Assembly (NCBI GenBank): GCA_038040485.1
Contig: JBBPIE010000033.1
Coordinates: 15,633 to 79,632, forward strand
Reading direction: 5' to 3'
DNA length: 64,000 nucleotides
Source of the DNA: Candidatus Onstottus arcticum
GTDB taxonomy: Bacteria > Acidobacteriota > Blastocatellia > UBA7656
In this document: piece by piece, positions 57,380 to 64,000 of the stretch
Numbering within the stretch: the first letter of the stretch is position 1
Layout: the number at the start of each line of letters is the position of its first letter
Made by a program: the position numbers and the translations under genes
The notes under the pieces: generated by a model
Told to the model about the DNA's origin: nothing
The model's database searches: none
Seen by the model: the letters and a program-made list of their open reading frames with translations, nothing else

Positions 57380-58882
57380 TCATCTCACCGGCTTGCCCCA
57401 CTCCGTTTCCTTTCGCAAAAGCGGTTTCAGAATCTTCCCGCCAGGGTTGCGCGGCAACGGCTGAGTCCGCAAGGAGACGTACTGCGGAACCTTGAAGTCC
57501 GCGAGATGTTTTCGCGCAAAGGCGACGATATCAGTGATGTCAGCTTCTTTTCCCGGGTTTGGGACGATCACCGCTCCAACTTTTTCGCCCATCACCTCAT
57601 CGGCCACGCCCATCACAGCAACCTCGAAGACCGCCGGATGAGCCGCAAGCGCGTTCTCGACTTCGACGCAGTACACGTTCTCGCCGCCTCGACAAATCAT
57701 GTCCTTCTTGCGATCGACAATTTGAACGAAGCCTTCGTCGTCGATGAGCGCCATATCGCCGGTGTGAAGCCAGCCATCCACAAACGCCTGCGCGGTCGCT
57801 TCGGGTTTGTTCCAGTAGCCCTTCACGACGTTGGATCCGCGGATCAGCAGTTCGCCGGCGCCGGTGTCTGGATCAACCTCGAACAAGTCGAGGTCGACTA
57901 CCGGAGCCCCGAACCCTACGCTTTCCGGCCGCGAGTGCGCGTACTCGTGAGGCAAAAAGGTCGAGACCGAAGAAGTTTCGGTCAACCCAAACCCGTTGCC
58001 CACTCGCGCGTTTGGAAAGGCTTCCATGATTCGCGCCACAAGCTCGGGAGCTATCGGCGCGCCGCCGTATGTCAGCCACCCGATCGCCTTCGTATCAAAC
58101 TCAGCGAAGTTTGGCTGGTTGATTGCCAGCCAGTACACCGCAGGCACAGAAGTGAGCAGGTTGAGCCGCTCATCGCGAATTGCTTTTAAGAAGGCTTGCA
58201 CCTCGAAAGCGCGCATTATCACAACCGTGTCGCCGTTTTCTACCGTTGGCAGCAACTGGCTGTTGCAGCCGGTCACGTGAAACAGCGGAACCGAGACCAG
58301 GTTGCGAATACTGCCGTCGGTCGGAAGCTTCACGACGCGGCGGCAGCTCTCGGTGTTCGAGAGGAAGTTCTCGTGAGTGGTCATCGCACCTTTGGGAAAG
58401 CCGGTCGTGCCGCTCGTGTAGAAGATCGCAGCGACATCGGACTGTTTCAGGTCTTCGATGGCGAACGGCGCGCCATCCGGCAGACTCTCGCCGGGAAGAA
58501 ACTCAAAACTCGAGCCCGAGTCACTGACGACGTATTCGACTTCCGATTCGCTGAATCGAGTGTTGACCGGAACAGCTATCGCGCCGGCCATCTGCGCGCC
58601 AAAGAAGGCGAGGCACCAGTCCAGCCCGTTGCCAAGCCGAATCGCTACGCGGTCTCCCCGATTTATTCCGAGCGCCTTCAAGCCACCAGCCACACGCGCC
58701 GAGCGGTCCCAAAGCTGGCGATAGTTGACCCGCTCGCCGCCGAGCTCGACGATCGCTTCGTGTTCGGGGCTTGCGTCGGCGGTTGCTCGAAGCGTCGCTA
58801 CCAGCGAATCGGGCCGCCCGGTGTAGTGAGCGACGCCCTGCCCGTCGCGCACGATCTCGCTGTAATCAAACGGTCGAATCAT
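57380..58882 (-). CDS. AMP-dependent acyl-CoA synthetase/ligase
   Basis: YTSGTTGFPKG AMP-binding motif, GYWNKPEAT, TGDMALIDDEGF, GGENVY. Confidence 0.85.
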   Translation of the reverse strand: MIRPFDYSEIVRDGQGVAHYTGRPDSLVATLRATADASPEHEAIVELGGERVNYRQLWDRSARVAGGLKALGINRGDRVAIRLGNGLDWCLAFFGAQMAGAIAVPVNTRFSESEVEYVVSDSGSSFEFLPGESLPDGAPFAIEDLKQSDVAAIFYTSGTTGFPKGAMTTHENFLSNTESCRRVVKLPTDGSIRNLVSVPLFHVTGCNSQLLPTVENGDTVVIMRAFEVQAFLKAIRDERLNLLTSVPAVYWLAINQPNFAEFDTKAIGWLTYGGAPIAPELVARIMEAFPNARVGNGFGLTETSSVSTFLPHEYAHSRPESVGFGAPVVDLDLFEVDPDTGAGELLIRGSNVVKGYWNKPEATAQAFVDGWLHTGDMALIDDEGFVQIVDRKKDMICRGGENVYCVEVENALAAHPAVFEVAVMGVADEVMGEKVGAVIVPNPGKEADITDIVAFARKHLADFKVPQYVSLRTQPLPRNPGGKILKPLLRKETEWGKPVR

Positions 58883-59859
58883 CAGTAAGCTCCTTGCCTT
58901 TCAAAAATCTCTCGCGGGTTGTCCACAAGCATCGTCCGAATCTGCTCGTCAGTCACCCCGCGTTCCTTCAATGCTGGAATCACGTCGTTGTGAATGTGGA
59001 GGAAGTTCCACTTGGGCAGGATCACCGGAATCGCCGCTTCCGGAAGCATGTCGTTGAAGCAGGCGGCGTCCTGCGAGAGCACCATCTTCCCCGCCTGCCC
59101 GCGCTCGCAAAGCTTGGCGACCGTAGCCACCCGGTCTTCGAATGGAAGCAGCACATCGATCCCGAAGCGATCCATCCCTATGTAAGACCCGGCAGCGATC
59201 AGCTCTTCGAGGTAGTCGATGTCCGTCGTATCGCCAGAATGGCCGATGATCACTCGCGAGAGGTCGACGCCCTCTTCGGTGAATATGCGTTGCTGTTCGA
59301 GTCCGCGCCGGGTGTGCGCGTGTGTGTGAGTCGAGATAGGCACGCCGGTGCGGCGATGCGCCTGAGCTACCGCTCGAAGCACTCGCTCGACTCCCGGCGT
59401 GACCCCAGGCTCGTCGGTTGCGCACTTCAGTATTGCTGCTTTGATTCCCGTGCCGGCAATGCCTTCTTCGATGTCCTTGACGAACATGTCAGTCATGAAC
59501 TCGGGTCCTCCAAGCGTCGTGCCTGGTCCTTGATAGTGAAAGTACATAGGCACATCGTTGAACGTGTAGACTCCGGTTGCGACCACGATGTTCAGCCCCG
59601 TTGAGGCGGCCACGCGCTTTATGCGCGGGATGTAGCGGCCCAGACCGGTGACCGTCAGGTCTACGATCGTATCGACTCCGCGCGACTTCAGCTCGTTGAG
59701 CCGCGCGATGGCGTCGGCCACTCGCTTCTCTTCATCGCCCCACGCCGCGGGGTAGTTCTGCATTATCTCGGTTGACAGCACGAACACATGCTCGTGCATC
59801 AGCGTCACGCCGAGCCGAGAACTTTCAACCGGACCCTTTACCGTTTCGACCGTAGCCAT
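58882..59859 (-). CDS. phosphotriesterase-family (PTE-like lactonase / Php-type) amidohydrolase
   Basis: GVTLMHEHVFV (HxH), family-typical length of 325 aa, IGHSGD, LSQD. ATGA overlap with the downstream ligase gene. Confidence 0.8.
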   Translation of the reverse strand: MATVETVKGPVESSRLGVTLMHEHVFVLSTEIMQNYPAAWGDEEKRVADAIARLNELKSRGVDTIVDLTVTGLGRYIPRIKRVAASTGLNIVVATGVYTFNDVPMYFHYQGPGTTLGGPEFMTDMFVKDIEEGIAGTGIKAAILKCATDEPGVTPGVERVLRAVAQAHRRTGVPISTHTHAHTRRGLEQQRIFTEEGVDLSRVIIGHSGDTTDIDYLEELIAAGSYIGMDRFGIDVLLPFEDRVATVAKLCERGQAGKMVLSQDAACFNDMLPEAAIPVILPKWNFLHIHNDVIPALKERGVTDEQIRTMLVDNPREIFERQGAY

Positions 59860-59862
59860 GTC

Positions 59863-60375
59863 TCACTCCTCGCCTATGTCTTCATTCCAAATCTCAGGAT
59901 GCTGTTGGATGAAAGTACCCAACAACTTGATGCACTCCTTGGAGTTGAGATCGATCACTTCGACGCCGCTTTCCCGCAGCCAATCGACGCCGCCTTTGAA
60001 GGTCGCGGATTCGCCGACGACAACTGTGCCGATCCCAAACTGCCTAACCAAACCGCTACAGTACCAGCACGGCGCGAGCGTCGTAACCATGATCGTGTCG
60101 CGGTAGCTGCGCTGGCGCCCTGCTTTTCGAAACGCGTCGGTCTCGCCGTGTATCGACGGATCGTCTTCCTGAACGCGCCGGTTGTGCCCACGCCCCAGGA
60201 GCTGGCCTCGCGAGTCGAACAACGCCGCGCCAACCGGAATGCCGCCTTCGGCCAATCCCTGGCGAGCCTCTTCGATGGCTATGCGCAAGAGGGCGTTGTA
60301 GTCGATTGCCTGTGACACGGCTCGGCTCCACGAAGGCGTCACGAAAGCGATGACGCGCGCTAATGATCTGTTCAA
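59863..60375 (-). CDS. CDA-fold zinc deaminase (yeast-type cytosine deaminase / guanine deaminase-like)
   Basis: HGETDAF (HxE) and TLAPCWYCSG (PCxxC). The start is uncertain; a GTG giving VSQAIDYNALL is possible. Confidence 0.75.
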   Translation of the reverse strand: MNRSLARVIAFVTPSWSRAVSQAIDYNALLRIAIEEARQGLAEGGIPVGAALFDSRGQLLGRGHNRRVQEDDPSIHGETDAFRKAGRQRSYRDTIMVTTLAPCWYCSGLVRQFGIGTVVVGESATFKGGVDWLRESGVEVIDLNSKECIKLLGTFIQQHPEIWNEDIGEE

Positions 60376-60550
60376 TCGCAGGAGTCACACATACTAATAC
60401 CGCGTCGTGTGCGCGGCAAGCGAAGGGCATCCTGAGTAGTAGTGGGTGATAGTTTGTTGCTGGTTATTCTGACGAAGGAATCCAGATGACGCCGCGCCGG
60501 TGGAGTGACCGTGGCGGTGGTATTTTGATGAGTCGGTCTCGCAATAGGAT

Positions 60551-60696
60551 CTTGCCACGTAGTGGCAGCGGAATGTAGCCGGTGGCAAGCGAAGCGCCGC
60601 CACCGGTAAGACGAGCCAGCAAGGTCCCGCACGCCGCCGGGGTGCCGGATCAATCCGCGCCGGTGTCCGGTGGCGGCGCTTTCGCTTGCCAACCGG
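60551..60696. repeat. REP-like 7-3-7 hairpin plus a ~28-30 nt inverted pair of GC-rich units
   Basis: CTTGCCACgtaGTGGCAG (60551-60568). ccggtggcaagcgaagcgccgccaccgg (60579-60606) versus ccggtggcggcgctttcgcttgccaaccgg (60667-60696). The second is the reverse complement of the first apart from two 1-nt indels. Confidence 0.7.
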
Positions 60697-60806
60697 CTAG
60701 ATTCCGGCGACCCTGCGGGGCGCCGTAACCTCTGAAGTATTCCAGTAGTTTTCTTAGTGCAACCGTTTTGGTTTGGATCGGTTCGCCTATATTATTGAAT
60801 CCTTCG

Positions 60807-62138
60807 ATGGAACAACGAGAAAACAACAAACCCGACCTATCGGCTTTGAGAATCAATCGAGACGACGACCACCGGTCGGGCGGCTGGCGCGGTTTACGCG
60901 GAGTGCTGCTCGGGACTCTGTTGATCGTGATGGCTGGAGGCGGACTGGTCGGCTATCGAATGTGGGGCTCGGCGACCACGCCTGAAGTCGAGGTCTCGCG
61001 CGCCGCGATCGAGTCCTCCAGCGCCGGGGTCGAGATACTGACGGCCACCGGCTATGTCGTGGCAGATCGCAAAGCAGCGGTCAGCCCCAAGATTTCAGGC
61101 CGCCTCGAATACCTGGGCGTCGACACCGGCAGCCGTGTACACACCGGCCAGATCATTGCCCGACTCGAACATCGCGACTTCGACGCGCAGCTTGAAGACG
61201 CGCGCGGGAATCTTGCGAACCTTCAAGCATCCGGCGCTCAGGCGGAAGCGGAACTCGCCCAGGCCCGCGCGACTCTTGCCCAGGCTCAGGCGAATCAGCG
61301 CAAGACCGGCCTCGACCTCGCCCGACAGACAAGGCTGTTCGCCGACGGAGTGACGTCGAAGTCCGACCTCGACAACGCGACCGCGCAGGCTAACGTCGAC
61401 GAACAACAGGTCAAAGCTATGGAGGCTTCGATCCGGGCCGCTCAATCGAAGATCGATTCCATGACTGCCCAGATTCGCTCCTCGCGAGCGCGCATTCAGT
61501 GGGGGGAAGCTCAGATCGAATACAGCAACATTCGCAGCCCGTTCGAGGGACTTGTCATCTCGAAAGACGCCGAAGTGGGCGAGACTGTCGCGCCCGCGAT
61601 CTTTGGCGGAGCGAACACGCGCGGCTCGGTTGTCACGATCGTCGATCCAAACACGCTTGAAGTGGAAGCTGACATAAACGAATCAAGCATCGGCAAGATC
61701 ACTCCTGGTTTGCAGGCTGAGATCACACTCGACGCGCTTGGCAACGAAAAGCTGCCGGGCGAGACGCGCAAGATCCTTCCCACCGCCGATCGGCAGAAGG
61801 CTACGGTAAAGGTCAAAGTCAGGTTCCTGAACATCGACCCGCGCATCCTTCCGGACATGAGCGCAAAGGTCACGTTCCTTCAGAAAGCGGAGAGTGCGGC
61901 GACGGACCAGCGTTCGAGAGTGACAGTTCCAAAGTCGGCTGTTTCCCAGCGCGACGGAAAGTCCGTGGTGCTTGTGCTGATCAACGGCACAGTCCAACAA
62001 CAGACGATCACGGTGGGCGGCGACCTCGGCGATAGGGTCGAGGTTAAGCAAGGATTGGCGGGCGGCGAAACCGTGATAGTCAGAGGTGGTGAGAACCTGA
62101 CCGACGGAACCCGCGTAAGAGTGAAGACGGGGAGTTAG
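60807..62138 (+). CDS. efflux transporter periplasmic adaptor (HlyD/MacA-like)
   Basis: Start at MEQRENNKPDLSALRI. One TM segment. Biotinyl-lipoyl-like segment (VSPKISGRLEYLGVDTGSRVHTGQIIARLE), a long coiled coil, and a beta-barrel domain. Confidence 0.8.
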   Translation: MEQRENNKPDLSALRINRDDDHRSGGWRGLRGVLLGTLLIVMAGGGLVGYRMWGSATTPEVEVSRAAIESSSAGVEILTATGYVVADRKAAVSPKISGRLEYLGVDTGSRVHTGQIIARLEHRDFDAQLEDARGNLANLQASGAQAEAELAQARATLAQAQANQRKTGLDLARQTRLFADGVTSKSDLDNATAQANVDEQQVKAMEASIRAAQSKIDSMTAQIRSSRARIQWGEAQIEYSNIRSPFEGLVISKDAEVGETVAPAIFGGANTRGSVVTIVDPNTLEVEADINESSIGKITPGLQAEITLDALGNEKLPGETRKILPTADRQKATVKVKVRFLNIDPRILPDMSAKVTFLQKAESAATDQRSRVTVPKSAVSQRDGKSVVLVLINGTVQQQTITVGGDLGDRVEVKQGLAGGETVIVRGGENLTDGTRVRVKTGS

Positions 62139-62293
62139 ATTCGTGATGCGTGATTCGTGATTCGTGATTCGTGATCTGTGATGTGTGATCCGTGAAGACT
62201 CAGCGAGCCGGCCACGCATCACAGATCACGCATCACAGATCACGAATCACGAATCACGAATCACGGATCACGCATCACGCATCACGAATCGCG
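62139..62293. repeat. ~155-nt hairpin of tandem CGTGATN heptamers between the macA-like and macB-like genes
   Basis: Left arm 62139-62194 (attcgtgatgcgtgattcgtgattcgtgattcgtgatctgtgatgtgtgatccgtg). Right arm 62213-62293 (cacgcatcacagatcacgcatcacagatcacgaatcacgaatcacgaatcacggatcacgcatcacgcatcacgaatcgcg). Confidence 0.85.
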
Positions 62294-62312
62294 TATGTAT
62301 GGAGACTATCGA

Positions 62313-63026
62313 ATGGCAGAACCGCTGATCAACATCGTTCAAGTAACCAAGCACTACCGCCGCGAGGCGATCGACATCCCCGTGCTCGACAATCTCGATC
62401 TCGAGATCGCGCGCGGCGAGTTTCTCGCTCTGATGGGACCGTCAGGTTCGGGCAAGACCACGCTGCTCAACCTGATCGCCGGCATCGACAAGCCCAACTC
62501 CGGCCGCGTCGTGATCGATGGTAAAGACATCTCCAAACTCGACGAGCGGCGACTCGCGAAGTGGCGTGCGCGTCACGTCGGGTTTATCTTCCAGCTCTAC
62601 AACCTGATTCCCGTCTTGAACGCGTTCGAGAACGTCGAGCTGCCACTTCTTCTCACCAACCTCTCGAAAAGCGGCCGCCGTGACCACGTGATGACCGCGC
62701 TTTCAGTCGTCGGTCTCGAAGACCGCGTGAGGCACTATCCGCGGCAGCTTTCGGGCGGACAGGAGCAGCGAGTTGCCATCGCACGGGCGATCGTCACCGA
62801 TCCGTCGCTGCTGGTTGCCGACGAACCGACGGGCGACCTCGACGCCAAGTCAGCCGACGAGATACTCGACCTGATGAAGCGGCTCAACGAAGAGTTTCAC
62901 AAGACGATCATCATGGTGACTCACGACCCGCGCGCTGCCGCCCACGCGCACGCCGTCGTTCATCTGGAGAAGGGCGTGCTCAGCAAGACGGGAGGCGTTT
63001 ATGAAGTTCCTGCGGCTCATAACTAG
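62313..63026 (+). CDS. ABC transporter ATP-binding protein (MacB/LolD type)
   Basis: Start at MAEPLINIV (GGAGAC 7 nt upstream; alternative ATG at 62295). Walker [10 protein letters not shown], signature LSGGQEQR, Walker B LLVADEPT. Confidence 0.9.
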   Translation: MAEPLINIVQVTKHYRREAIDIPVLDNLDLEIARGEFLALMGPSGSGKTTLLNLIAGIDKPNSGRVVIDGKDISKLDERRLAKWRARHVGFIFQLYNLIPVLNAFENVELPLLLTNLSKSGRRDHVMTALSVVGLEDRVRHYPRQLSGGQEQRVAIARAIVTDPSLLVADEPTGDLDAKSADEILDLMKRLNEEFHKTIIMVTHDPRAAAHAHAVVHLEKGVLSKTGGVYEVPAAHN

Positions 63027-64000
63027 AAATGTCACGCGCAACAAACGGCGCACGGCGCTCACTGTCATAAGCGTCTCGGTGTCGGTCTTCCTGCTTGCAA
63101 CGATGCAAGCGGTGATTAGCGCGCTGGGCTCGATCTCTGAGCTGACCGGCGGCGAGTACCGCGTCATCGTCAGACGCAACACCTCGCTTGCCGACGCGAT
63201 GCCTGAGGCGTACCGGCAGAAGATCGAGCAGCTTCCCGGCGTCGTCGCGACTTGTCCTGCGAACTGGTTCGGAGGCATCTACAAGGAAGACAAGCCTCAG
63301 TACATGTTCGCGCAGTTCTACGTCGACCCGAAGACCATCTTCGACGTGCAGTTCGAGTATCAACTCTCGCCCGAAGAGAAAGCGGCATTTCAACGGGAGC
63401 GGACGGCCGCTGTCGTCGGCAAGAAGTTGGCCGACAAGTACGGCTGGAAGCTCGGCGACGTGATCGAGTTGAAGGGCACAATCTACCAGGTTAACCCAAG
63501 CCTCACGATCAGGGGGATCTACACGGGACAGCAAGACTCGGGGTTGTTCTTTCATCGCGAATACATCGAAGAGGCCATCGGAAGACCCGGTTGGGTCGGG
63601 ACATATCGAGTGCGGCTCGATTCGCCCGAGAGCGCGCCCCGCGTTATGGAAGAGATCGACAGGATGTTTGCGAACTCGGCCGCGCCTACCAAAACCGAAA
63701 CCGAAGCGGCGTTTGCGGCGGGTTTTATTTCGATGCTTGGAAACGTGAAAGGCTTGATTACCGGCGTCGGCCTGGTGGTTGTCTTCACGATCACTTTGAT
63801 CGCCGCCAACACGATGGCGATGTCCGCCCGCGAGCGGTTCACCGAGATCGCTGTGATGAAGGCGCTCGGGTTCAGACCGGGTGTTGTTATGGCGCTTGTG
63901 CTGTCCGAGTCGGTATTGATCGCGCTGCTGGGAGGCGCGCTTGCGGTTGTCGCTGCGAAGGTGATCTACCAGTTTGTTGGGATGGGCGAGATGATGGCTA
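63001..64000 (+). CDS. ABC transporter permease (MacB periplasmic domain + FtsX), 3' end cut by the window edge
   Basis: Not in the ORF track because it has no stop in the window. ATG at 63001 gives [38 protein letters not shown], then ..[37 protein letters not shown]. The frame is open to nt 64000 and overlaps the ATPase gene by 26 nt. Confidence 0.8.
   Translation, partial: MKFLRLITRNVTRNKRRTALTVISVSVSVFLLATMQAVISALGSISELTGGEYRVIVRRNTSLADAMPEAYRQKIEQLPGVVATCPANWFGGIYKEDKPQYMFAQFYVDPKTIFDVQFEYQLSPEEKAAFQRERTAAVVGKKLADKYGWKLGDVIELKGTIYQVNPSLTIRGIYTGQQDSGLFFHREYIEEAIGRPGWVGTYRVRLDSPESAPRVMEEIDRMFANSAAPTKTETEAAFAAGFISMLGNVKGLITGVGLVVVFTITLIAANTMAMSARERFTEIAVMKALGFRPGVVMALVLSESVLIALLGGALAVVAAKVIYQFVGMGEMMA

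Overview
GC-rich (about 60% by eye) bacterial chromosomal segment. The gene content suggests a soil Acidobacteriota-like organism, but that taxonomy is inference only. I can support about 55 protein-coding genes and found no tRNA, rRNA or CRISPR array. The housekeeping backbone comprises pilMNOPQ (type IV pilus) plus a roadblock/LC7 gene, sat (ATP sulfurylase), greA, accC plus a biotin-carrier protein, and rpmE-DUF1385-prfA. It also holds several peptidases (M16, two S9), a macA/macB-like efflux operon, and a ZnR-FHA / Ser-Thr kinase / RDD / FHA-GAF-PP2C signalling cluster. Three visibly lower-GC islets (about 45-52% on the lines I counted) interrupt this backbone. (1) 48.4-50.4 kb: a translationally coupled pair made of an unrecognisable 289-aa protein and a divergent nitrilase-superfamily protein; this is my best candidate for an undescribed conflict/defence system. 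(2) 6.0-8.6 kb: a metallophosphoesterase with an unknown 250-aa N-terminal domain, followed by a HAD hydrolase. (3) 52.1-54.6 kb: an AraC-HTH gene plus three secreted or membrane proteins of unknown function, next to a rhodanese gene remnant. At 41571-42266 a two-domain thioredoxin-fold oxidoreductase has an in-frame TGA exactly where the first Cys of a CPYC motif is expected, with a downstream hairpin. This is a probable selenocysteine (UPYC) protein that an ORF caller splits in two. The intergenic DNA carries two distinctive repeat families: long hairpins built from tandem heptanucleotide repeats, sitting between same-strand genes, and REP-like 7-3-7 hairpins preceded by a TATAAACAT box. All functional calls come from motif recognition in the supplied translations; no database search was possible.
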